Assembly (NCBI GenBank): GCA_963822445.1
Contig: CAWGHO010000002.1
Span: 1,440,001 to 1,504,000, forward strand
Origin: an uncultured Acidobacteriota bacterium
GTDB lineage: Bacteria > Acidobacteriota > Thermoanaerobaculia > Gp7-AA8
Direction: 5' to 3'
DNA: 64,000 bases
Positions 47,301 through 57,106 of this stretch are shown here, in pieces; the stretch's first letter is position 1; every line of letters starts with the position of its first letter. The translations under genes were made by a program, and so were the position numbers. The notes under the pieces are model-generated. The model saw only the letters and a program-made list of their open reading frames with translations, made no database searches and was not told the origin of the DNA.

Positions 47301-50300
47301 GGCGCCGCCGGTGTTGCACCAGCGGTCGTGGTCGTGCTGGTGACGACGGAGCTCGTCGCGAACTCTTCATCGCGGTCTTCGTCGCGGATCTCCCAATGCG
47401 CCTCGTAGCGGCGGCGGAAGCGCGCATCGAGCCGGTACTCATCCGACTCGTCGCGCGCGAGCTGCAGGGTCCAGCTCGGGTTGACGATCCACTCCAGCAC
47501 CTGCTTGCTCTGTTGGTTGTCGAGGTTGTAGACGAGCAGGAATCGCAGCTTGTTCGAGAGCCGCTTTTCGAACGTCACCTTCGCGCCGGCGCCGCCGCCG
47601 CTTTCGAGATCGCCCGGGTCGTACGCGAAGGAATCGACGAACGGAAAGACTTTCGAGCCGAGGAGTCCGGAGAGGCTCTGGTAGAGCAGCGACTGGCCGA
47701 AGAATCCGCCGCCGCTGGCCTGCTGGCCGCCGAGCGTGCGTCCGCCACCGAGCCCGCCGAAGCCGAGGAGGGAGAAGAGGGTGATGTCGCTGGCGGGGGG
47801 ATCGCTGGTGATCGTCGGTGTGATGCGATCGAGCGTGCCGGTGATGTTGATCGTCACTTCCAGCGGTCCGCTCTCGATCTCCGACACGTTGCCCGCAACG
47901 CTGCCTTCGATGGTCACGTCGAAGAACGGATCGATGCGGAACGGGTTCTGGAACGCCACCGTGCCGCGGGCGACGCGGTAGTCCACGCCCTGAATGCGGA
48001 CCGTGCCGCCTTCGTCGAGCGTGACTTCGCCGAGAACGACCGGCGCGGCCACGGTTCCGGTGACGTCGAGCTCCGCGCTGCCGGTGACGTCGGCGATGTT
48101 GTTGCGAATGGCGAGCGTGCCCGGCGCGCTGAGATGGATCTGCAGCCCGACCTTCTCCTGCCACGTCGACGGCGTGACCGCGACGATGCGATCGCGAGCG
48201 AGCAGCACGTTGAGCAACGTCTGCTGCACGTCGAACTCGCGGAAGTACAGGCCGCGGGTCACATCGATGTCGCCCTGGAGCATGGCCCGATCGAGATCGC
48301 TCGTCAGCAACAGGTTGAAGGTGCCCTCGACGGTGATGCCTTCGTAGTAGCGGATGGCGACGTCGGTGCCCTGCAGCGTGACGCGCACGCGTTTCGGCTT
48401 CAGCCCTTCGAGGTAGATCGCGCCGCCGGCGATGATCTGGCCGCCGCCAATGGTCGCGCGCACGGACTCGATCTCGACGCGATCGCCGTGGAATCGCAGC
48501 GTGCCGTTGAGCTCATCGATGAGCTGCGGGAAGCCGGCGAACTTCACCTGGGCATCGACGAGCGTGGCCGTGCCGGTGATGACCGGATTGCTCATCACCC
48601 CATTCACCGCCATCGCGATATCCGAATGCCCCTCGGCACGCATGTCCGGCACGAACAGCTGCAGCAGCGCCGCTTCGACGCGTCCGCGCAGATCGAGGTC
48701 GATCCGTTTCTGGCCGACGATCTCCGCGAACCCGGTGGCCGAGAACGTCGCGTCGTCGCTTCGCAACACGACGGTGTCCAGCTCCACGCGTCCGTCGCGC
48801 AGGCCGATGCGCAGAGGCTCGGGCGCGGTGAACTGGTGATCGCCGACCTTGAGATTGAAGACCGGCGCGGTGGCGTCGATGATCAGCGCCTCGATCGGCG
48901 ACAGCCGTCCGCCGAGCTTCATGTCGACGACTAGATTTCCTGACGCGGGAATCGACGCGGTAGTGGGCGAGATGGCAACGGCGCGGGCGATGTCGTGCAC
49001 GACCAGCCGCACCAGGCCGTCGATGGCCATGTTTTCGCCGACGGTTCCTTCGCCTTCGATGGTGGCGATGTCGGCGACGCCGCCTTTCACGATCAGCTTT
49101 CCGCCGCGAATGGCGATGTACAGCGACGGCGGATCCGACCCCTCGGGCAATTTCAGTCCGCGCAACGTGGCGTTGTTGAGCGTCGCCTCGACCATCAGTT
49201 CGGGGTTGTCGAACGTTCCCGCGCCGGTGGAGGTGAGCGTGATGTTGCCGCCGAGGAGATCCTTGAGGCCTTCGAGGAGCTTGAGGCGGGAGAGGTCGAT
49301 GTTGCTCGAGGTGATGTTGTAGCTGAACTTTTCCGTTGCGAAATCGAGCTCCGCGTCGCCGGTAATCTCGCCGGCCGGCGATTGTACGAGGACGTTCGTC
49401 GCGCGCATGCGGCCTTCGGTGAAGACGATGTCCGCGGTCGCGAGATCGACCGGCTCACCGAACACCACGCCTTTTCGCACGGTCACTTTGCCGCTGCCTT
49501 CGAGCGACTCTTTGCGGCCGGCGATCTTCAGCGTGCCGGTGAGATCGCCGGTGACGGGGATGTCGGTGAAGTCGAGGAACGCGGCGATATCGGCGACGGG
49601 GAAGTTCGTCGCCGCGACGTCGAGATCGAAGCTGACGTTTCCTTCGCCGGGCAGCCAGTTGATCGTGCCGTTCAACGCGAGAGTCGCGTCGGCTCTGCGA
49701 ATCGTCAGACCGGCAAAGGTCGCGCGTCCGTTTTCGGGCGTGCCGGCGATGATCATCTTTCCGGTCGCCAGCCCCGCGCCGATCTTCATGTCCAGACCGA
49801 TCGCGTCGATGGCTCGTTGCGCGGGATAGCCATTCGCGTCGAGGGCGATGTCGAATCGCGGGCCCGGACCGCTTTCGGGGAAGACCACGGTGCCGTTCAA
49901 CGCGAGACGGCCGCCGGCGTCGGAGAAAACGGCGCGGTCGAACGTCAGCGTGGAGCTGTTGCCGTCGTACCGCATGTCGATGCTCGCGTCGCCGAGGAGC
50001 ACTTCGTTGTAGCGAATGGCCGAGCCGTTGATCTGCGCAGCGACCTGCGGTTTGTCGATCGGGCCTTTGACCGTGCCGGTGATCGTGCCCGCGCCGCCGA
50101 GTCCGAGGAGCTCGTAGTCTTTCTTGCCAGCGGAGTGGGCGAAGTTGAAGCCGATGCGATCGAGCTCCGAAAAGTCCGTGCTGCGAATGGCCGTCTTCAG
50201 ATCGAGCACGACTCCTTCGATCTTCATGTCGCCGGTGAGGCTGATGTGCGAGTGATCGGTGTCCAGCTCAGCGCTGCGGAATCGCACCGTGCCGCGATCG

Positions 50301-51676
50301 AGCGCAAAGTCCGTCGAGCCGGCGAGGCCGATCGGATATTGCGCATCGGAAAAGGCGACGGCGTTCTTCACCAGCTTCGCCGAGCCTTCCCCCGATCCGT
50401 CGAGGATCTTGTCCTTGTTCCAGCGATAGGTGAGATCGCCGGTCGCCGCCGAGCGCAGCCCAAGGCCTTCGATGCCCCAGTCGCTGAACAGCTTCTCGAT
50501 GGAGATGCCGTAGTAGCGGAGGTCGACCTTCATCGGATACGGATCGGCGTACGTTGCCAGCGTGTAGTCCGCGCCGATGCGGCCGCCGCCGTATCGCGCT
50601 TCAGCGACCTTCAATGACATGTTGCGGCCGTTGACGTCGAGCGTTCCTTTCGCGTCGGCCAGCTCGTACGCGTCGGCGACGATATTCGGCGAGACCCAGT
50701 TGCCGCTCATGCGGAAGTCGCCCTGTTTGCCGCGCAGGTTCGTATCGAGTGCGAGCGTTCCCTCGAGCGTTTTGTCGATGCGGAAGATCTCCGCGATGCG
50801 CTGCAGCTCGATGCGCGACGCGAGCTTCAGGTCGTAGCGGCCTTCGGTGAGCGGATCGAGCTTGCCGGTGAGGAAGGTCTCGATGCCGCGGCCTTTGAGC
50901 GCGACCGACCGCAGCGCGAGGATGCCCGGGGTGTAACGGAAGCCGCCGCGGAGATCGACGTCGAATGGAACGTAGTCCTGAATCGTGACCCGCACCTGCG
51001 GCGAGGTCATGATTCCTTCGTACAACCCTTCCGCGCGCGTGACGGTCACGCGCGACTCGATCTTCTGCGCGACCGCTTCGATGTCGTGCTTCCGATCGAG
51101 GAAGCTGAACGTGCCGTTGTTGACGAAGAGCTTTCCGATGTCGATGCGCACGATCTCGAAGCGCCGCTTCGGTCCCGTCTTCCACTTCGGGAAGTTGTGA
51201 TTGCCATCCGGCAGGATCTCGAACCAGACACGCGGATCGCGGACGTCGACGCGATCGACTTTCACCGCGCGCCCCCAGAACGATTGCACGCCGCCGGTGA
51301 TCTCGACCTGGCGCACGAGCGCGAAGTCCGGCGCGATGCCGCCCGGCGCGTTGGCGATGCGCAGATTGTTGAGGATGATCCTCTGCGGATTCGTGCGAAC
51401 GAAGGAAACGCTCTTGATCGAGACGTCGCGGCCGAGGCGTGCTTCGAGGGTGAGCTCGACTCGCTTGCGGACGAACTCGGCGAAGTTCGGCGAGCCGACG
51501 TACCACCAGCCCCCGCCGATGGTCAGGAAGAGCAGCAGGAAGGAAACGGCGAAGAGCCAGAACAGGCCCTTCAGGCACCCCCACATCGGCCCTTTTCGCT
51601 GGCGCTCGCGCGCGGAGCGGTGACGACCCTCGCGCGGCGGAGGCAGCAGCGGATCGCCTGGGTCGATTGTGGTCAT
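44390..51676 (-). CDS. Fused TamB (AsmA-like) - POTRA - Omp85/BamA-TamA protein, 2428 aa
   Basis: N-terminal TM, long beta-rich TamB region with DUF490-like end, Thr/Pro linker, POTRA-like repeats, GVRYLSPVGPLRVD and terminal SLGYAF. Confidence 0.85.
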   Translation of the reverse strand: MTTIDPGDPLLPPPREGRHRSARERQRKGPMWGCLKGLFWLFAVSFLLLFLTIGGGWWYVGSPNFAEFVRKRVELTLEARLGRDVSIKSVSFVRTNPQRIILNNLRIANAPGGIAPDFALVRQVEITGGVQSFWGRAVKVDRVDVRDPRVWFEILPDGNHNFPKWKTGPKRRFEIVRIDIGKLFVNNGTFSFLDRKHDIEAVAQKIESRVTVTRAEGLYEGIMTSPQVRVTIQDYVPFDVDLRGGFRYTPGILALRSVALKGRGIETFLTGKLDPLTEGRYDLKLASRIELQRIAEIFRIDKTLEGTLALDTNLRGKQGDFRMSGNWVSPNIVADAYELADAKGTLDVNGRNMSLKVAEARYGGGRIGADYTLATYADPYPMKVDLRYYGISIEKLFSDWGIEGLGLRSAATGDLTYRWNKDKILDGSGEGSAKLVKNAVAFSDAQYPIGLAGSTDFALDRGTVRFRSAELDTDHSHISLTGDMKIEGVVLDLKTAIRSTDFSELDRIGFNFAHSAGKKDYELLGLGGAGTITGTVKGPIDKPQVAAQINGSAIRYNEVLLGDASIDMRYDGNSSTLTFDRAVFSDAGGRLALNGTVVFPESGPGPRFDIALDANGYPAQRAIDAIGLDMKIGAGLATGKMIIAGTPENGRATFAGLTIRRADATLALNGTINWLPGEGNVSFDLDVAATNFPVADIAAFLDFTDIPVTGDLTGTLKIAGRKESLEGSGKVTVRKGVVFGEPVDLATADIVFTEGRMRATNVLVQSPAGEITGDAELDFATEKFSYNITSSNIDLSRLKLLEGLKDLLGGNITLTSTGAGTFDNPELMVEATLNNATLRGLKLPEGSDPPSLYIAIRGGKLIVKGGVADIATIEGEGTVGENMAIDGLVRLVVHDIARAVAISPTTASIPASGNLVVDMKLGGRLSPIEALIIDATAPVFNLKVGDHQFTAPEPLRIGLRDGRVELDTVVLRSDDATFSATGFAEIVGQKRIDLDLRGRVEAALLQLFVPDMRAEGHSDIAMAVNGVMSNPVITGTATLVDAQVKFAGFPQLIDELNGTLRFHGDRVEIESVRATIGGGQIIAGGAIYLEGLKPKRVRVTLQGTDVAIRYYEGITVEGTFNLLLTSDLDRAMLQGDIDVTRGLYFREFDVQQTLLNVLLARDRIVAVTPSTWQEKVGLQIHLSAPGTLAIRNNIADVTGSAELDVTGTVAAPVVLGEVTLDEGGTVRIQGVDYRVARGTVAFQNPFRIDPFFDVTIEGSVAGNVSEIESGPLEVTINITGTLDRITPTITSDPPASDITLFSLLGFGGLGGGRTLGGQQASGGGFFGQSLLYQSLSGLLGSKVFPFVDSFAYDPGDLESGGGAGAKVTFEKRLSNKLRFLLVYNLDNQQSKQVLEWIVNPSWTLQLARDESDEYRLDARFRRRYEAHWEIRDEDRDEEFATSSVVTSTTTTAGATPAAPPAPPVTAVNLAAADGAVISQINFRADARFDTTAVADDVTLKPGQPVTIRDLQSSIKNLFATGNFRDIRVDSQRTAEGIVLTFSLLLHYRVGDIELAGVSGRERNRAERELTVRVGEIHSLNDVDDSAAAIEEAMNRSGYLEATVDPQTDFDRARSIADVRFDITPGPQAVIRNVVLEGDVAPFTTEQLIEPMKRDAGRTFDALEAREDAKRIQSFLVRRRHRRADVDYLGHEYDPETHAVTLRYRVVVGPTVQVAVQGVPQSSVRRWLPFRGRNDEYSEDAVDRAADQIVTGLQERGHYNATVDTESKLDNNVWTTTFIVDPGKRFTLSEVEFIGNDQMDEDELHKVVQTSSRGGFKRALATLFRRPTGVTREQLGDDRDAIESFYRLQGFSEATAAQPVVNANDATGTMRVTFPITEGPQTLVTEVKIEGNQEVAANDLPETQLKPGDPLNPQLAREDIVALQSFYADRGHVEVQVAPRVEISEDKTKASVTYTVAEGPRVAIDEVIVRGNTYTDRDVVLRRVEMDKGDPFTYTRVLEAQRELYRLGIFQRVEVQPEQAGTSVGDRDIVIQVEEGKNLTLTGAVGLRVERGAQDARLTADEDEDQTPEENATISDDGGMDINERIAIAAAHRNLFGTGRYLGLEAVLSSEEQEYFITYREPFISRWNVPVQLQIFQSDDNTRPEMHIVQQGTSIEATKVALERTRWSLRYEYKISKCEEGTICALLKADLPVEGFDRSLSNIQISSINPTFFWDTRDDIIDPHRGFFTSASIEYAFPFISAEANFLKEYVQGALYIPVSARTVVALSSRIGLIQSLGDATNVPLSERFTAGGENSHRAFRLDRLGDLCRESEDAPETPGCRKTLFQRPNPTTGAFEGPILPVGGSGLLLFNAEYRFPIFGPVGGAVFGDVGNVFAESKIDFNNLRYGAGVGVRYLSPVGPLRVDVGFPLDRRWYEDAFVYFISLGYAF

Positions 51677-51697
51677 CCGGAACGACGGTAGCGCTTG

Positions 51698-52729
51698 CTA
51701 ATCACGAGCCACGAGAAAGAGGTCGCGGAGGTTGTTCCCCGTGGCCGCAATCATAATGGGCTCACCGATTTGCGCGGCGATGCGCATGGTGTCGGATTCG
51801 TGAATGGCGGCCTGCCAGTCGGGGCCGCCGCCGAGGCGCGCGCGCGGGGGAAGGTAGATGCCGGCCGCGCCGCTGTTGCCGTCGACGCCGTCGGAGCTGG
51901 CGAAGAGAGCTTCGGCGGTGCTCTCCATGGCGAAGCGGACCGCGAGCTCGGTGCACCGTCCGCCTTTGCCATTGCCCTGGATGACGACGGTCGGCTCGCC
52001 GCCGGCGACGATGATTTTTGCGGACGCGTTCGCGAGCATCCGCGCGGCTTCGGCGACGTCGCATTCGATCTGTTGCTCGATGACCGTCGCGCCTTCGATG
52101 AGCGATGCCGCGGTTCTCACGAGGGTGGTGTTGTCGGCGATGACGATGCCGCCGCCGGTCGGACCGGATGCGACGTCCTCGCCGCGGCCGGTGGCGACGT
52201 CGGAGTAGATGAGTGTGATCGCGCGGCCTTTCACGAGATCGCGCAGACGGCCGCCTTTGATCGCGGACAGCTCGCTACGTCTTGAATTGATCTCGCGAAT
52301 GGGCAGACCGGACGCGATGAGTTGCGCGTTCGCGCGCGCGACGTCGTCTTCGCCGTGCGGCGGCAACGGAACTTCCACGCATGCCGAGCCGCCGCCGGAG
52401 ATGAGAAAGAGGATGTCGCGATGCTCGTCGACGAACTTCAACAGCGCGCGTCCCGCTTCGAAGCTCGCCGCGGTCATGTGCGGATGTCCGCCGACGTGCA
52501 CCTCCGCGCGGGTCAGCGGCAGTTTGTAGCCGTCGGGAATCGCGACGAACGCGCTTTCGATGTCGATCACGCTCGCGACACCATCGAGCAATCCCCCCGC
52601 GCACTTGCCGATGGCCACCACGTTGCGCGGCATCGACGCGTCAACGTGCGCGCGAACGAGAAGCTCCGGAGCGCAGCGGGCGAGGGTCTCGAAGTAGACG
52701 GACTTGAGGTCGGGCGCGTCGAGGCTCAT
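51698..52729 (-). CDS. Glycerate 2-kinase type (DUF4147/MOFRL) protein
   Basis: AIGK, LISGGGSA, LSAIKGGRL, SDV, ASGPT, GGE.TV, SDGVDG, TGNN. Confidence 0.85.
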   Translation of the reverse strand: MSLDAPDLKSVYFETLARCAPELLVRAHVDASMPRNVVAIGKCAGGLLDGVASVIDIESAFVAIPDGYKLPLTRAEVHVGGHPHMTAASFEAGRALLKFVDEHRDILFLISGGGSACVEVPLPPHGEDDVARANAQLIASGLPIREINSRRSELSAIKGGRLRDLVKGRAITLIYSDVATGRGEDVASGPTGGGIVIADNTTLVRTAASLIEGATVIEQQIECDVAEAARMLANASAKIIVAGGEPTVVIQGNGKGGRCTELAVRFAMESTAEALFASSDGVDGNSGAAGIYLPPRARLGGGPDWQAAIHESDTMRIAAQIGEPIMIAATGNNLRDLFLVARD

Positions 52730-52825
52730 AGGCTCAAAGGCTCAAAGGCTCATAGGAAACGATGTGACTCTGCGACTTTGAGACTCTGCGACTTTGAGCC
52801 TTTGAGCCTGTGCGCCTCTGAGCCT
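52722..52825. repeat. Inverted array of 8-nt units (AGGCTCAA)n ... (TTGAGCCT/TTGAGACT)n
   Basis: Four octamers on the left, about seven degenerate complementary octamers on the right. Confidence 0.85.
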
Positions 52826-52836
52826 ATCCTGACTCC

Positions 52837-54012
52837 ATGCGCCGCCGCACGCACCTCCGCACACGCGTCCTGCTTCTCACCGGCGCGTTTGCGCTCGCGC
52901 TCTTCGCGATCGCGTTCGGCCTGAGCTGGCGGGCGAAGCAATCGCAGGAACGGTGGACGCGGCTCGTCTCCATCGAGATGAGCGCGGTGACCACACTCGA
53001 GGAGCTCATTCGCGCGCAGAACGCGTTTCATGCGCGGCAGGATCCGATCGCGCGTTACCGGCTGGTCGAGCAGCTGCTGACGCATCCGTCGCTCGGCTCG
53101 ATCGACGTGCGGGCCTTGCGCGGGCGGGTGAAGGCGTACCGCGAATTGCGGACCGACTTTGCATCGCGCGCCCTGGTCGATGAAGCGCAGACCATCATCG
53201 CGGCGCGGAAACGGGAGATTGCCCAGCAGCTGCCGCAGCTCGAGCGGGACACGCGTTCGATGATGTCCAGCGGATTAGCCATTGCCTGGATCGTCGCGGT
53301 GATCGGACTGGCCGTCGTGCAGAACACGTTGCGCAAGGTCGTCAAGCCGATCGAAGAGCTTTCCGCTGCTGCCGATCGCATTGCCGCAGGCGACATCACC
53401 GCGACCGCGCCGGTTGCAGGAGATCGCGAGATTGCCACGCTGGGCGTCGCCTTCAATCGCATGGCCGACGAGCTGAAGGCTCGCGCGCGGACTGACGATC
53501 TCACCGGCCTGCCGAACTTCCGCGCGTTCCGCGAGCGCATCGACGTGGAGCTCGAGCGCGCCGATCGCTATCCGGAGCGCTTCGGCATCCTCGTTCTCGA
53601 TCTCGATCGCTTCAAGAAGTACAACGACACGTATGGCCATCTCGCCGGCAACGACGCGTTGCAGCGCGTGGCCCAGGTCATCCGCGAAACGGTGCGCACC
53701 GTCGACTTCGCCGCGCGGTACGGCGGCGAGGAGTTCGCGGTGATCGTGCCGCTGATCGATGAAGTCGCGCTGGCCAATGTCGCCGAGCGCGTTCGCGCGG
53801 GCATCGAGGCCATGCCCGCACCGCCCGATGGTGCGCAGGTCACGGTGAGCATCGGCGCGGCGATGTATCCGAATGACGCGCGCGATCGCGAAGCGTTGTT
53901 TCAGGCCGCGGACGCGAGGCTGTACGAGGCCAAGAAGGCGGGACGCAATTGCGTCGTGGCGCCTAGTCCGACTCGTCCAGTTTCACAATCAAGCGCTCGA
54001 CTGTCCGGTTGA
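52837..54012 (+). CDS. Membrane diguanylate cyclase (2 TM, HAMP, GGDEF)
   Basis: TDDLTGLPN, DLDRFKKYND.YGH, RxxD I-site, RYGGEEF. Confidence 0.93.
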   Translation: MRRRTHLRTRVLLLTGAFALALFAIAFGLSWRAKQSQERWTRLVSIEMSAVTTLEELIRAQNAFHARQDPIARYRLVEQLLTHPSLGSIDVRALRGRVKAYRELRTDFASRALVDEAQTIIAARKREIAQQLPQLERDTRSMMSSGLAIAWIVAVIGLAVVQNTLRKVVKPIEELSAAADRIAAGDITATAPVAGDREIATLGVAFNRMADELKARARTDDLTGLPNFRAFRERIDVELERADRYPERFGILVLDLDRFKKYNDTYGHLAGNDALQRVAQVIRETVRTVDFAARYGGEEFAVIVPLIDEVALANVAERVRAGIEAMPAPPDGAQVTVSIGAAMYPNDARDREALFQAADARLYEAKKAGRNCVVAPSPTRPVSQSSARLSG

Positions 54013-54397
54013 GCGACTGCAGGTCGCGCTCGGAGATGTCGGTGCCGCTCAGCTCCTTCAACCACTGGTCATAGAGCGGCCGCACTTTTTCGAGGAGTGC
54101 TCGTCCCCGCCGGGTGAGCTGCACGCGCGAGGAGCGGAGATCGTTCGGATCGTCGTTGCGCTCGGCGAGGCCGAGTTGCTCGAGCCGCGCGATCATCCCG
54201 GTCATGTTCTGCTTGGTCACCATGAGCCGCCGCGCCAGCGCGACCAACGTGACCGGCCCTTCTTCTTCCGAAAGCGCGGTCGCCACGAGCCACTGCTGCG
54301 GGGTGATTTTCGCCTTCTCGAAAACAGGGCCGAGACGGCGGGTGAGCAGGTTCGCGAGCTGGATTACACCGGTGACCAGGTCGCGTTCGCTCGCCAT
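53963..54397 (-). CDS. MarR family transcriptional regulator
   Basis: ITPQQWLV, LA..LMVTKQNMTGMIARLE..GL, DLRS..VQLT.RG. Confidence 0.92.
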   Translation of the reverse strand: MASERDLVTGVIQLANLLTRRLGPVFEKAKITPQQWLVATALSEEEGPVTLVALARRLMVTKQNMTGMIARLEQLGLAERNDDPNDLRSSRVQLTRRGRALLEKVRPLYDQWLKELSGTDISERDLQSLNRTVERLIVKLDESD

Positions 54398-54400
54398 GTT

Positions 54401-54434
54401 TGGTCAATGTATTGACCAGAGGGGAGGATGTCAA
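54401..54434 (-). promoter_or_regulatory. Sigma70 promoter with overlapping palindromic operator for the MarR gene
   Basis: Minus strand TTGACA-17 nt-TACATT; palindrome TGGTCAAT-GT-ATTGACCA at 54401-54418 covers the -10 box. Confidence 0.78.
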
Positions 54435-54435
54435 A

Positions 54436-55722
<1,287 letters not shown>

Positions 55723-55724
55723 CT

Positions 55725-55786
55725 AGTAGGCAGCGGTTCCCCTGCCTACTGCCTACCGCGAGCGGCGCAGCCGCGTACCGCCTACT
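55725..55786. repeat. Family C heptamer element (truncated copy)
   Basis: 55742-55786 is the reverse complement of 30963-31007 with two mismatches. Confidence 0.85.
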
Positions 55787-56234
55787 ATCTCGGTCCCGCG
55801 GCGATCGGCAAGCGCGCTGCCTTCCACTCCAGGTATCCGCCCTTGAGCGCGGCCGCGTTCTTCACGCCGTGCGCGTTCAGGTTGAGGACGGCCTTGCCGC
55901 TGGACTGCTCGGCGTCGCAGGCGCAGTAGGTGATGACCATCTTGCCCGGCGTCACTTCGTTGAAGCGCTGGATGATCTGGCTGCCGGGGATGCTGAGGGC
56001 GCCTTTGATGTGGCCCGTGCTGAAGCTCGCGTGCGAGCGCACGTCGATGAACGTCGCCTGGCCGGCCTGGTAGAGCTTGTACGCGTCTTCACGGCTGATG
56101 CGGCGGAACTCGGTCGAGGTCTGCACGGGCTGCAACTGGGCGCCCTTGGCCTCGGCCGGCTTCTTCTTGTACTGCGCGTTGGCCACGCCCGCGGCGAGGA
56201 CGAGGGAGACAGCTACGGCGGCGATCTTCTGCAT
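55785..56234 (-). CDS. Secreted rhodanese-like protein
   Basis: Signal peptide; IDVR..F..GHIKGA, YCAC, LKGG..W. Confidence 0.87.
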   Translation of the reverse strand: MQKIAAVAVSLVLAAGVANAQYKKKPAEAKGAQLQPVQTSTEFRRISREDAYKLYQAGQATFIDVRSHASFSTGHIKGALSIPGSQIIQRFNEVTPGKMVITYCACDAEQSSGKAVLNLNAHGVKNAAALKGGYLEWKAARLPIAAGPR

Positions 56235-56263
56235 GGGGATGGAAAAGCTCCTGGTCGTTTTTT

Positions 56264-56932
56264 CTATTGCAGGCCTTCGAAGAACCGCTTCCAGCGGGGA
56301 ACGAAGTAATTCGAGCGGTCGAGCGAGAACGCGACGGCCACGGCCTTGCCGACGATGCGCCGGCGCTGGATGAAGCCGATGAAGCGGCTGTCGTTGCTGT
56401 TGTCGCGGTTGTCGCCGAGGACGAAGTAATGGTCGACCGGGACGGCTACCGGGCCGAACGAGCGGACCGCGGGGATCTCCGGCGTGACCATCATCTTGTG
56501 CGTGTGGCCGTACAGATCCTCGTCGAGAACGTACGCGGGCCCCTGCTCTTCCGATTCAGCCACGGTGATCGGCGACTGCCGGGCCGGCTGGCCGTTGACG
56601 AAGAGCTGGTTGTCGCGCATCTCGACCTGATCACCGGGGACGGCCACCACGCGCTTCACGAGGCGGGTTCCATCGGCAGGGGAGAACAGCACCACGATGT
56701 CGCCGCGCTTCGGATCGTCCCATTTGAAGATGTTGACGGTGGTGAAGGGGACCTTGAGGTCATAGGCCAGCTTGTTGACCACGACCCGGTCGCCTTCCTG
56801 GATGGTCGGCTTCATCGAGCCCGTCGGAACGTCGTTCCAATCGGCGAGCGCCGAGCGCAGCGAGCTGACGATGAGGATCATCAGCAGGAACACGCGGATC
56901 TCGTAAATGACCTTCTTTTTGTCGAGTGCCAT
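56264..56932 (-). CDS. lepB: Signal peptidase I
   Basis: GSMKPT, LVKRV, GDNRDNSNDSR. Confidence 0.94.
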   Translation of the reverse strand: MALDKKKVIYEIRVFLLMILIVSSLRSALADWNDVPTGSMKPTIQEGDRVVVNKLAYDLKVPFTTVNIFKWDDPKRGDIVVLFSPADGTRLVKRVVAVPGDQVEMRDNQLFVNGQPARQSPITVAESEEQGPAYVLDEDLYGHTHKMMVTPEIPAVRSFGPVAVPVDHYFVLGDNRDNSNDSRFIGFIQRRRIVGKAVAVAFSLDRSNYFVPRWKRFFEGLQ

Positions 56933-56990
56933 GGCTGGATAGGGTACGGCTCAGGGGGCGGAACGTTTCGAGGGGGAGATGTAATCCTGA

Positions 56991-57097
56991 GGGTTGCTGG
57001 GTTGCTGAGTTGCTAGGTTGCTGGGCGCTCCGCCGAGAGCCGCGATCGTGCATGAGCGAAGCACCCAGCAACTCAGCAACCTAGCAACCCAGCAACC
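56991..57097. repeat. Inverted array of 8-nt units (GGGTTGCT)n ... (AGCAACCC)n
   Basis: Four octamers per arm, near-perfect complementarity, ~38-nt spacer. Confidence 0.88.
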
Positions 57098-57106
57098 TCT
57101 ACAGGG

